Part shown: positions 48,371 through 60,525 of the stretch, piece by piece | Numbering within the stretch: the first letter of the stretch is position 1 | Layout of the letters: each line of letters opens with the position of its first letter | NCBI GenBank assembly: GCA_030390025.1 | Contig: CM059432.1 | Span: forward strand, 43,588,001-43,652,000 | Reading direction: 5' to 3' | From: Squalus acanthias | Taxonomy: Eukaryota | Length of the DNA stretch: 64,000 nucleotides | The notes under the pieces: model-generated | What the model saw: the letters and a program-made list of their open reading frames with translations, nothing else | Database searches by the model: none | What the model was told of the DNA's origin: nothing | Program-made: the position numbers and the translations under genes

Positions 48371-49131
48371 GGGGTAAAAATTGAGTCGCGCCCCATTTGG
48401 GGCGCTAACCTCGCCGGGGCGTGACTTTTAGCGCCCCGAAAAAATTAGCGGCCCCGCGCCGGAACTTCAGTGGTTGCGCCCCAAGAGGGAAGCGGGGCGC
48501 AACTGGAAGCAGCCCGCATCCCTCTTGGGGCGCTGCGAGTGAATATCCTGGCGCTACGTGCCGCAGCGCCATGCGCTGCGGCAAGTCGCGCCATGGTATT
48601 GCAGGCCTTCCTCCCCTTCTTAAAGGGGAGGGACCCTGCGCAGCGCGAACCGGGGCCCAGCTGGGCCCCCAGGGATCGGGAGTGCCGGCAAAAGAGCCCG
48701 GCACTCAAGAGAAGTGCCGGGCTCATGGAGCGCAGCCGGCACTTCACGGTGGGGGGGCTTCACGGGGGCCGGGGGCAGGTGCTGGCAGGTGGCCAGCAAC
48801 AAAAATGGCCGCCTGCCACCTCCGCTTTAAATATCGCCGCCCCGGCCGCACGTACGCCTCCCTGAACCCGTCGGACATAGCGTCTGGCGGTAAATCAGGG
48901 GGCGCGACTGAAGATTACGGCCGGGGCGCGAGCGGGGTGCTGCGCACGGCGATGACGTCATCGCCGGCGGCGCAGCGCCACAGGGCGCTACCGGCTGCCG
49001 CCGCCGCTAACCTCCCACTAAATTTTTCGGGAGGCGTGGGCGGCGCTGCGCCCGGGCGTTAGCTGCTTTACGCCCCATTAGCGCCCTCTTAAGGCGCTAA
49101 CGGGAGGCGCAAGCAGCTGAATTTTTCCCCC
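48371..49131. mobile_element. CpG-rich Harbinger MITE related to family A
   Basis: TIRs GGGGTAAAAATT / AATTTTTCCCCC. TSD AAT. Subterminal GCCCCATTAGCGCCCTCTTAAGGCGCTAACGGGAGGCGC shared with family A. Confidence 0.9.
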
Positions 49132-50117
49132 AATATCTCTTATGAGAAATGAACTGTCAATACTGTTAAGGGTAGCATCATCTCTGAATACCACTAATGC
49201 AATAAAAATTCTCAGCACGGTGCTACAGACACTAGCCCTGAAAATTAGCAAGCGCACCAATCCCAAAATTCCAGTAGTCCTGCTCCACTGACCGTAATGT
49301 GTGACAACAAAGCTGCTGGTCACCCATGGAGATTGTGGGAATGGGGTCATTTAAATGTTCGGGAAGGGCGTCGCTTACCTGTAAAAGGGCTTCAGAGGCA
49401 TCCGTCACATTCTGCTGGGAATGATTACCGGGGGGCCCTTAACAAGCCTCCGAACCTAACTCTCACCATCTGTCAGCTGTTAGAAGTTCTGTTGGGCCTA
49501 ATGGGAAGGTAAGTGGATGAAGTCCTGGGCTAATCCAGCAACTGGCTAAACATGTCCTCAAGACATAGGCGAGATGGACAGAAGGCCTGCCCATTTCCCC
49601 TCCCCCTCCCCCCCCAAAAGCAGAATTTGGAGTGCAGTTTAAACAAGGCAGAAACAATGCATCTGGGTTCTGCCCTAAATTCTGGACCTAGTAGGCAATG
49701 TATCTGATCTATGCACTACCTGGCCACCAGAATTTCAGCCCCCCATACATCTTAATGCAGTGCTTCATGGCCCAGATTTTCTTCTGAATTTATACCCATT
49801 TTGGGGCAGTTGTAGGGTGGAGCACCGGCCTCTAAAGTCTGCTGTTACATCCAGAGTTTTCCCTGTAAGTGATGACAGATGTTGAATATGCTTGCCCATA
49901 TTTTGGCAGGTCTATGCAAATTAAAGGGTATTGTTGGGAAAATGTCATCTAATGTATTTTGCCTTATTAACGTATTAACTATGCCTGAGCATCAGGAATG
50001 TTGTTGCATTCCTGGAAACCAGCGTTGATAAGAATGTGATTGGGGGGGTGGGGTGGTGAATTTACAAAAAGAAAGGCTGCTATGCATGGTTCGATCGATT
50101 GCAAAATATGGAGTCAT

Positions 50118-51009
50118 GGGGGAAAAATTCAGTTGGTTGCGCCTCCCGTTAGCGCCTTAAGAGGGCGCTAATGGGGCGCAAAGCAACTAGCGCCCGGGCG
50201 CGGCGATGTTTACGCCGCTCACGAAATTAACTAGACATTTTGCAGCAGCGCTAAACAATACCGCCACGATCTCCTGCGCCGGCAGATCGTGACGTCAGTC
50301 GAATGCACAACACCCCGGTAGCGCCCCGGAGCGGATATTGAGTGGCGCCCCCTGCCTTACCGCCTGCCGCTAGCAACGACAGGTTGATGGAAGCGTTTTG
50401 CAGTCAGGAAGGGACTGGGGGAGCGCTATTTAAAGGCGACCGCTTCCTGCCTTTTATTGTTGGTGACATTTTTGAACCACGCATTCTGAGAGAGAGAGAG
50501 AGAGACTTCTGGAGAGATTCAACGCTGTGTGAAGGAGTTTTGGGTACTGAGCAGCACTTTGCAGGTTCATTTTGATTTGCCCTTCCTTGTATCGATTTAG
50601 AAGAGAATGTGTGGGCTGCACTCTGAGCTCTTTCCTTGGTGCTCTCCATTGTTCTTTCCAGCAGATTTGATGTACAGGTCACTTCAGGCCGAGATTCAAG
50701 GCTGCAATGAGCAGGATGTGGATGGAAAGCAAGATCAACCCTCCCCTTTAAGAACTGGCCGGCGCCATTGTGTGTGTGTTCCATTGCTGACTGACATCAC
50801 ATGTGCTTCGCCAGCGCTCTGAGGTAGCGCCTCGCTCCTCGGCGTTTGCGCCTTAAGACAGGTGTGAAGCACCTGATTTAGCGCTCCAATCACCTCCAGG
50901 GCGATAAAAGTGAAGTTTGCAGTCGGAGGCGATAATTAGCGCCAGGCGCTAATCTTTGCGCCCGGCCGATAATTGCGCCCCAAATGGGGCGATACTGAAT
51001 TTCTCCCCC
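50118..51009. mobile_element. Harbinger family A deletion-derivative MITE (second copy)
   Basis: Collinear with 27808-28682, including the internal junction. TIRs present. TSD not preserved (CAT/TAG). Confidence 0.9.
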
Positions 51010-51912
51010 TAGTCATAACGGCACAGAAGGAGGCCATTCGGCCCATCGAGTCCATGCTGGCTCTCTGTAGAGCAATCCAGTCAGTCCCATTCCCCGGCTC
51101 TATCCCCGTAGCCCTGCAAGTTTATTTCCCTCAAGTGCCTATCCAGTCTCCCCTTGAAAACATTGAGTATCTCCGCTTCCACCACTTCCGTCGGCAGCAA
51201 GTTCCAGGTCCTCACCACTCGCTGCATAAAAAAGTTTTTCCTCATATCCCCCTGTATCTCTTGCCCAAAACCTTAAATCTGTGTCCTCTAGTCCTTGTAC
51301 CATCAACTAGTGGTAACAGCCTTTCCCCGTCTAGCCTATCCAAACCCGTCATAATCTTGTACACCTCTATCAAATCACCCCTCAACCTCCTTTGCTCTAA
51401 TGAAAACAAATCCAGCTTCTCCAACCTGTCCTTGTAGCTAAGATCCCCCATCCTCAGAACCATTCTGGTAAATCTCCTCTGCACCCTCTCAAGGATCTTC
51501 ACATCCTTCCTAAAGTGTGGTGACCAGAACTGGACGCAATACTCCAGCTGTTGCCTAACCAGCGCTTTATAAAGATTCAGTATAACTTCTCTACTTTTGT
51601 ACTCAATACCTCTATTTATGAAGCCCAAGATCCCATATGCTTTGCTAACCACTCTCTCAATCTGCCCTGCCACCTTCAGGGACCTATGCACATTAACTCC
51701 CAGGTCCCTCTGTCCCTGCACTCTCTTTAAAACTGTGTCATTAAGTGTATATTGCCTCTCCCTGTTCCTTCTGCCAAAATGCATCACCTCACACTTCTCT
51801 GTATTAAATTCCATCTGCCACTTGTCTGCCCATTCTGCTAGCCTTTCTATGTCCTGTTGCAGTCGATTGGTATCATCCTCACTGTTTGCCACACCCCCAA
51901 GTTTGGTGTTGT
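51010..51912 (-). mobile_element. CR1 3' fragment
   Basis: ORF 51242..51892 is a CR1 ORF2 C-terminus. Confidence 0.93.
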
Positions 51913-52749
51913 ATTTAAATCGTTCTTACATTAAGAGATTTGCCAGGGCTAAAATATGGCCACAGTGGTAGACAGGAGTCCCACCCAAGGTAATTCTGGG
52001 TGAATCTCTGCCACAGAGTCAAATCTAGGCCCTTATGGCTGGATTGGTCAGGCATAGTCACATAGTAGAACAGCACCCCACCTGGCCAGGCTTCCTGAAT
52101 AATTGTCTGCTGAACGCTTCATTACTTCACCCTTCGAAGACTCCTCAGCATGCAGCTTGATGAACAGCAGGACAATGGCACGGCAGACTAAAAGGGTAAA
52201 AATACCAATGAGGAATCAGCAGCAGAAGCAGCAATGCAACAAGGAAGACTGTTTATCAGGCACTAACTCCAAATGCATTCCTTGGAATGCCACAGCTACA
52301 TTTCTTAAAGGGGAAAACCACATCTGCCAAGTGACATTCCCTAAACCATCTTGTCCTATACATTATACACAGTTCTTCAAATAACATCTAATGCCATCCT
52401 ATTCTGAGCCCTTGCTATATTATAAGCAATATTAATAAATATTCAGCACAATGTTCAAGTCAAGTGCAGGGCATTTGTTTCCTCTATTGTGTTGTCTTGA
52501 ATGTTGCCAGCTTGAGTTGGCACATTGCTGCCCTAGTCCTTGTGCTTGGTTTTAGATGTGGGACCTAATCTATCACTAAGTGATTCCCTTGTGGAAGGGG
52601 TAAGTGTTCTGGCTGGCTACAGATGTTCACTGATAGCTTGCTGCGATTTTGGTGGCACGTGATGCACCATTCCCAGGGCTCTGTGTGTGAATCAGACTCA
52701 TTTGTGACAGTGGTGGTTGAGAGTTTATCCATGAGTAGCTCAGGTGTTC

Positions 52750-52853
52750 TGCTTTATTTCCCACATTACAACAGTGACTACACTTCAAAGTACTTCATTG
52801 GCGATGTCCTGAGGTCATGAAAGGTGCTATATAAGTGCAAGTCTTTCTTTTTT
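52750..52853 (+). mobile_element. SINE 3' part (DeuSINE/SacSINE-like, L2-type tail)
   Basis: ACATTACAACAGTGACTACACTTCAAAG...GAAAGGTGCTATATAAGTGCAAGT. Tail resembles the L2 3' end at 57132 (AAAGACGCTATATAAATACAAGT). Confidence 0.7.
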
Positions 52854-53849
52854 TGTAAGTTATCTCCTTACATGCCTGGAACAGCATTCAGTTGTTGCTT
52901 AGGGTGGTGGGTTGGGGGGGGGGGGGGCGGGGTGGTGGGGGTGGCAGTGATTTAGACAGTTTAGGAGTGATTAGACGGCTTTGCCTTACCAGTTCTATTT
53001 CAGGGCTTAACGGACTCCTGCTTGCAACTTACAGCTGATTTAGAGGATTTAGTATTGGTCCCTTCTCACAAGATTGTCCTACCTTGAAGAGGAAGATTTC
53101 ACACATTTAAGCCCACAGGCTGAAAACAACAAAATTGTTTGTAAAGCATATGGGAATTCTCTTCCAAAAGCTCTTAATAACCTACACTTTATCCATGATT
53201 AGCCTCTGAACAGGAGTTTCCAGGCAATCAAAAGACTTTTCTGTTTTGTTTTTTAATTTAACTGCCTCAGCCTCAGGGCTGGTGGGAGAGAATTTGAAAG
53301 GGAGGAGCAGCAGAAATTTAGAGATAGGCAGAGACTGAGATTGAACATAAAGGATGACAGGGATTGGAGAACAGCAGCAAAAACGTGGTGGAACCAATTG
53401 CAGGGCTGTCTCATGACCCAACACAAGAAAGTACATGACTACCTCAGTCTCAAAGGCTTCAACAAATAATCAGCAGCTAGTCACTTCACTTACCCCTCCC
53501 ACTGGGTAAAAGCCAAAAAGGATCACTATGATGAGTTCTGGAAGACATAAATCATATGCTGTTACCAAGAGGAAGCTCTGGGGTAAAACAAACATACATT
53601 GATCACTAATAGGGTACATTGATTTTAATTTATTTAAAGTTTGACCAGAGTATACTTTTGATGGTGCAGAATAAGACAACAACAGATCAAAGGATGGACA
53701 TCCATGGTAGTTGAAGTAGTGCAGAGGACAATATTCAAGTATTGGGCCACTTCATTAGTGCATACATGCATACAGTTGTTAATACATGGAACCTCAGACA
53801 CTTCAGTGAATATTTCCTTTGTGAAAGGCTGGCAGCCTCTTGCAGGCTG

Positions 53850-54085
53850 CAAAGCTGTTGCAGCAGTGCCATCCTCAGAGTCACTGTCAGTGACCTGATC
53901 TGGCTTTGCCTGTGGATGGACCTTTTCCTGCAGCTGTGACATTAGTAGGTGGCTTTGGATGACAAAGTGGTGGAGCATGGAATAGACAGCAATGATCTTA
54001 GAGACCTTAATGGGAACGTAATGCAAGACATCCCTAATCTTCCCAAGCATCTGAAGCACTGCTTCAAGATGCATTTGGATAATTT
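53850..54085 (-). pseudogene. Ancient Harbinger transposase C-terminal remnant
   Basis: LKQCFRCL and VSKIIAVYSMLHHF resemble LKQQFRCL and VSRIIVVCCALHN. Confidence 0.6.
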
Positions 54086-54089
54086 AGTT

Positions 54090-54640
54090 TTCTTTATTTG
54101 TCTCGGGATGTGGGGGTGACACTGGAAAGACCACATTTATTACCCATCTCTAGTTGAGAAGTCGCACAACACCAGGTTATAGTCCAACTGGTGTTGTGCG
54201 ACTTCTCATTTTTGTCCACCCCAGTCCAACACCGGCATCTCCGCGTCATCATCTCTAGTTGCTCAGAGATGGTGGTGGTGGACCTTGAAGGGGAATTTGG
54301 AGGTGATGGTGTTTCCATGACATTGTTGTTCTTATCCTTATCCTTATCAGAGATCACAGGGGAGGCAGGTGCTGTCACGATAACCTTGGCGAATTGTGGC
54401 AGTGCATCCTGCAGATCATACATATTGCAGCCACAATGCACTCCGTGATGCACTGCTGGCAGGGCTTGAAGCAGAGAATGTTCAGACTGGCCAGAATATG
54501 CAGCACCATTGGAACATCGATGCTATCATGGCATTGCAGCACAGCAGGCCACTTTGGAGTATGAATCAGAGGCGTCCTAAGGACAGTCTGTGCTCTGGGC
54601 ATGTTCAGACTGCTGCCACAGGGGCCTAGATACCACAGTG
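54090..54640 (-). mobile_element. Degraded 3' end of the HER1-type LINE family
   Basis: Reverse complement resembles 45600-46075 (ATGGGTAATAAATGTGG...CCCACATCCC). Confidence 0.65.
54157..54249. mobile_element. Third Penelope-like terminal fragment with a short inversion
   Basis: 12-bp TSD CATCTCTAGTTG (54145-54156, 54250-54261). TGAGAAGTCGCACAACACCA / TGGTGTTGTGCGACTTCTCA inverted pair. Same tail as 33430-33464. Confidence 0.8.
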
Positions 54641-54689
54641 AAGATGGATGTGTCAACGACTTCGACAGGGTTGGCAACTAGTTAACAAC

Positions 54690-55735
54690 AATCAAAGCCA
54701 TAGAGATTCAGGGTACACCCTGGAAACGGATAAGAAATTGGCTGAAGGGTAGAAAATGAATACTTATTAGAGGAGTTATGTTGGGGTGGGGGAAAGTACT
54801 AAGTGGGGTGCCTCAGGGCTTGGTATTGAGACCACTACTGTTTCTAATTTACATAACTGACTTACATAAATTACTTGAATTTAGAAACTCAATGCCATGT
54901 GCTCAAATTTGCACATGATACGAATCTAGGAGGGGAAGTGGAATCAGAGAAGGCAGCTCAGAAATTACAGAATGAGTTGGATAAAATACCTAAGTGTGCA
55001 AAACAAAGACAGTTGAAATTGAATGCAGACCATTGTAAAGTACTGCATATTAGAAGACCTTTTCAAATAGCCAAGGATGAAGCTGAAAGAGACCCAGGGC
55101 TGGATATTCCTCTGTGACCCCACCCAAAATTGAGAAAGATCATGGCAGAAAACAGGGCAAAACTAGGTGGCCAAGCCTATTGTCAGCTCCATACCCCGAG
55201 TTCTATTCCCTCCCTGACCGCCAACAGGAGTGCCGCTGGCTCCTATCTGCCCCTCTTGCCATGGAGAAAGGTGGCAGTAGATCAGGGTAACAGTGGTAAG
55301 GCCCTGAATTTTGCAGATGAAGCCCAATAGGGGTCTCCTGTTACTTCAGTTGGGCACCCTTACACTTACCTTTGTAGGCCTTGGTCTCTGCTGAGGCCCA
55401 CAAAGCCAGGAGCTTTTTACACAGCTCTTCTGCCCCTTAAAGGTCCCTGACTGCCTCTTTGGGTGCTGTAACCGCAGTTCCACTGCAGCACCACCTCCTT
55501 CCACTCATTGACACTAGGTTGGAGTCAGGGCAAAATCGAGGGGCAGGCAGAAGTGCTGTCCTGTTACCACTAGAATCCCATCCCAAGAATCTTAGTAGAC
55601 TCGATTCGCAACAAGTCCAACCAATGCAGAGCAGTCAATCGAATGTTGAAATGTATAGCCAAAACAATAAAATGCAAATCAAAGGAAGTCACGGTCAAAC
55701 TGTATAGTGCTCTGGTCAGACCACACCTTGACTAT
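54690..55735 (+). mobile_element. Old CR1 fragment interrupted (~55097-55590) by an old Harbinger-type MITE
   Basis: GVPQG-like and KFAHDTNLGG motifs. GGGCTGGATATT terminus at ~55097. Confidence 0.55.
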
Positions 55736-57131
55736 TAAGGCATGATCATGGCAGCTACTAGGAAAGCAAGCCTTTCCTTGCATGATATGGTGCTGCTGGT
55801 CATAAATAAGCTGGACACTGAGCGAGCAAAATCTTTTTCTGTTGGCATAGGTATTGGGGCTTCTAGTATTTAGGGAACTTTGCAACTCAGTAAAACTGCA
55901 AATGCTGCTGCCAGTTATACAAGGTGATGAACTGGCTTGCACAAGCAAAATATACATCTGTGTCTTGCTTGCTGCATCCGTACAGAACCAATTGAGTAAT
56001 GCCATTGATGTCCCCAGAGGCAGCCTAGAATCACCCTAAAGTGTAAAAATTCATAGTGATGGTGACCTTGACATCTACTGACAAAGGGAGGTGGGCTGAA
56101 AGACAGACTACAGCATGTTGCATAGCTCATTAATGTCTTCCTTTGTGAAGCACAACCTCTCCAAGCACTGCTCCTGGGTCATTTGGAGGTAGGATTGCCT
56201 TGGAGCAAGGTACCAGCTGGTGGGTACCAAGCATCGCCTGTGTTGCTTGGCTAGCCTGGCCTGCCTCTGTTTGTCATCCTTTCCCATCTACACAGATAGA
56301 GCAGTATTTCCAGTGGAATTTCTCAATGGCAGTTTAACTGAGGAAATACCATGTAAGTGTTCGTTTACTAACAGCTGAACACTTAGGGAAGCAGTGGAAG
56401 ACTCACATGCTAGGTATTTCACCTGTTCACACCTCCATTAAGGAATACCCCCTAAAACCTGGGTTGCATTCCGCATGATGGCATGTCAATACCTTTAATC
56501 TTTCCAATTTCTTCTTAAAGGAGAAACAGCCCACAATCAAAGAAATGGACACTATCACTTCAGCCCCCCCAAGGCTCCTGCTGCAAATCATCAATCAACC
56601 ACCTCAGAACCTCTAGTAAGAAGCTAGGACTGAAAGGGCACACAAGAGTAGGCACCAAGGGGAGACATAATGCTCTTAAAAGTAAAAATGTTGTCAGATT
56701 TGTTTTCAGCAAGATTTTTTTTAACTGACAGGATATGTACAGAAAGATTTGTGGCCTAAACAAAGGGATAGCAGGATGAGGTCCAAATGGGAGCCTTGGA
56801 AGCTGTCAAGAAGAGCCATATTTCAGCAAGTGAATGAGTTGACATTATTGCCAAAGGGAGACCATGACAAAGGCAGGACTCATTTGACTCAGATCTTAGT
56901 CACCTGAAGGTCTTCCTTACGAGTTGTGCCTGCAGCTGTCGGGCAGTTGGTAGAACTCAGTTACTGTTTCGTAAGGGAAGCACAGCCTTCTCAACCATTG
57001 CTGAGGAGTCATGGTGATGCAATCCCTTCTGGATCTGCAAATGTGGGTAGGAGCTGGTGGCTATCCATGATGCCTGTTTATCATTGCAACTCTATGATAG
57101 TCCTCTTGATCCTCCTTTGTCCTCGCAGAGG

Positions 57132-58737
57132 AACAACAACAACTTGTATTTATATAGCGTCTTTAACGTAGTAAAACGTCCCAAGGCGCTGCACAGGAGT
57201 ATTTTAAGACAAAAAATTTGACACCGATCCACATAAGGATAAATTAGGGCCGGTGACCAAAAGCTTGATCAAAGAGGTAGGTTTTAAGGAGCGTCTTAAA
57301 GGAGGAAAGAGAGGTAGTGAGGCGGATAGCTTTAGGCAGGGAATTCCAGAGCTTAGGGCCTAGGCAACAGAAGGCACGGCCACCAATGGTTGAGCAATTA
57401 TAATCAGGGATCATCAAGAGGGCAGAATTAAAGCAGCGCAGATATCTCGGGGGGTTGTGGGGCTGAAGGAGACTACAGAGATAGGAAGGGGTGAGGCCAT
57501 GGAGGGATTTGAAAACAAGGATGAGAATTTTTTAATTGAGGCGCTGCTTAACCGGGAGCCAATGTAGGTCAGCGAGCACAGGGGTGATGAGTGAACGGGA
57601 CTTGGTGCGAGTTAGGACACGGGCAGCCGAGTTTTGGATGGCCTCAAGTTTACGTAGGGTGGAATGTGAGAGGCCAGCCAGGAGTGCGTTGGAATAGTCA
57701 AGTTTAGAGGAAACAAAGGCATGGATGAGGGTTTCAGCATGGATGAGCTGAGGCAAGGGCAGAGACGGGCGATGTTACAGAGGTGGAAGTAGGTGGTCTT
57801 TGTTATGCTGCGGATTTGTGGTCGGTAGCTCATTTCAGGGTCAAATATGATACCAAGGTTGCGAACAGTGTGGTTCAGCCTCAGACAGATGTTAGGGAGA
57901 GGGATGGAGTCAGTGGCTAGGGAACGGAGTTTGTGGCAGGGAACGAAAACAATGGCTTCGGTTTTCCCAATATTTAATTGGAGAAAATTTTTGCTCATCC
58001 AGAACTGGATGTCGGACAAGCAGTCTGACAATTTAGAGACCGTGGAGGGGTCGAGAGAAGAGGTAGTGAGGTAGAGCTGGGTGTCGTCAGCGTACATGTG
58101 GAAACTGATGCTGTGTTTTCGGATGATGTCGCCAAGGGGCAACATGTAGATGAGAAATAGGAGGGGGACCAAGGATAGATCCTTGGGGGACAACAGAGGT
58201 AACGATGCGGGAGCGGGAATAGAAGCCGTTGCAAGTGATTCTCTGGTTACGAGTAGATAGATAAGAATGGAACCAGGTGAGTGCAGTCCCACCCAGCTGG
58301 ACGATGGTAGAGAGGTGTTGGAGAAGGATGGAATGGTCAACCGTGTCAAAGGCTGCAGACAAGTCAAGAAGGATGAGAAGGGGTAGTTTACTTTTGTCAC
58401 AGTCACAAAGGATGTCATTTGTGACTTTGATGAGAGCCGTTTCGGTACTGTGGCAAGGGCGGAAACCTGATTGGAAGGATTCAAACATGGAATTGCGGGA
58501 AAGATGGGCACAGATTTGGGAGGCAACAACATGTTCAAGGACTTTGGAGAGGAAAGGGAGGTTGGAGATGGGGCGATAGTTTGCAAGGACGGAGGGGTCA
58601 AGGTTTGTTTTTTTTGAGAGGGGTGATGACGGCAGATTTGAGGGAGAGGGGGGCAGTACCTGAGGAGAGAGAACCGTTAACAATGTCAGCTAACATGGGA
58701 GCCAGAAAAGGAAGTTGGGTGGTCAGCAGTTTGGTGG
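57132..58737 (-). mobile_element. L2 LINE, 5'-truncated
   Basis: NYRPISNLPFLSKVLE, QSGFRPCHSTETAL, LLDLSAAFDTVDH, VPQGSILGP, YADDTQLY, SKLDYSNALL, LHWLPV. (TTG)n tail. Confidence 0.95.
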
Positions 58738-59897
58738 TCAACAGGGGGAGCTTCATTAATTCCTGAGTCCAGTCAGCAATACTGAACCGGAAAAAAATAC
58801 AGTAAAAGAAACGTTTCAACAAATTTAATAAAATGTTTTAATAATTTAAATAAACTCTTTAGAAACTTTAATAAAACCTTAAAAAAATTAAAATAAACTC
58901 TTTGAAACATTATCTACAGCTTGCTCTGGGTCCCTCGTGGCCTCAATGCCTCCTTCACCAAGGTGCTCTTTTTAGGAGGCGAGCCGGCGGTGGTGGGGAG
59001 GGACATTGGCTGCTACGCTAAGCCACGCCCTCCCTCTGTCAGTCACATGCAATTGGGCAGGGCAGTGGCAGTGGCAGTGGCAGCTGCGAGGTTCGCACCC
59101 AGTGGGAGTGGAGAAAAAAGCAATTATTTGGGACGCGGATTTGTCGATAGGTCTCCCTGCCCCATTTTCCTCTATTTTGTGATCCAGGACCATCCACAAA
59201 CAGGCAAATTCCTAAAAGAAAATCTAGCCCAAATTTGATTTCTAAGATTCATGTTCGAGAGCAAGACAGTTTTTTTTTGGGTGGTGGGTGTTGAATCCTA
59301 TGGTTCACTTTCTTCCTAAAGAATCTTTTCTCCTTATTGTTCTGATGTTTGCTTGTTAACTATGTAGATATTTACATTTAGCTCAAGCTAAAATCCACTC
59401 ATGAGGTGCAGTGAAATTTGTTCAGTAGTCTGGCTATAGGGCTGAGATTCTGAAAGGCTTATGTGTCCTTCCTTTTATTTGCACAGCTCAAGTTCTTTTG
59501 GTTTTCCTCACCAAAATTGAAATTGTGTTCCTTTACCTTGATATGATCTGCCAGTTTCAAAATGCTTAGCTACTGCCAGAAGGGTCTTTTCAAGTTGCCA
59601 GCAGTGCTTATGTTCCTGGAACAATGGAATAACAATTACCTGGTAAGAAAGCCAGCTTTCTCTTTCTCCACGTTGACAACTCCACATTAGGGGAAAATAA
59701 ATCATATTGCACTTTCTGCTTTTATGAGTTTCTCGGATCTCCCGCTTTAACTTCAGCAGGAGTTTGGTGGAACTCCCGGAGACGCAATGTAAACGGCTGG
59801 ATACCATTTATGCCATTTCTCTAGGGGTCCTGCCACTTACTGACTGAATTTGCAGTGATAGATCGAGATTACCCCCGCAGAAATACAGGATCCAAAT

Positions 59898-60525
59898 AGC
59901 CCCAATTTTAATTCCCCAGTTAAAATGAGGGCAGTCACTTACCCCCTCTAATCCTGCTGTGTTCCAATGTTAACCTGCTCTTTTGAGCACGTGAGCTAGG
60001 CACCCCCAGGAAAGAAGCGGGGACATTCTTTAAATATGCAGATCGGGCCCCAACGATGTAATCGAGATCCGACTGCAATATTAGTCAGAGAGCTGAGCAA
60101 GGGAGCAGTGACGGCTTCCCCATCAGGACAGACATTATGGGAGGTGGATCGTGGGCCAGAAGAGGCCCAGGCAGGAAAGTAATTACATTTAATTTTAGGC
60201 TTCGTTCTGGGCCAGTAGAAGCAGAAGCGCTCCTCCTGATCTCACAAGGTAGCGTTGGGCCTCCCTTGTCCCAGGCTTCCTCTGATTGCATCCAGAGCTT
60301 CCATCATCACTTAACTGGGTCCCTGGCAATGGCCCCTGCCGCCAAATTACCGCTTCCCCCTGCCGGCCAGGTACTGGATCTGGCTGGGTTCAGGCGGCAT
60401 TCAGGGAACGTTTATTAAAATGATGCTCAGCCATTAAAATCGGCCGGACCTCCACGTCCCCTGACTCCCCGGCTTTGCTGCCTGCTTCAGGACTCATACC
60501 CGTCCCTCCCTTTAAAATCAGGGCC
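59898..60525. mobile_element. Old MITE, TIR ~GGCCCCGATTTTAA
   Basis: AGCCCCAATTTTAA / TTAAAATCAGGGCC. Internally similar in style to 62047-62527. Confidence 0.55.

Noticed and set aside
48405..49062. Long overlapping ORFs (up to 213 aa) on both strands
   Set aside because: Expected from very high GC within a MITE; low-complexity Ala/Gly/Arg peptides with no domain motif.
55900..57130. Additional Harbinger transposase remnants
   Set aside because: Faint resemblance only; too degraded to delimit by eye.
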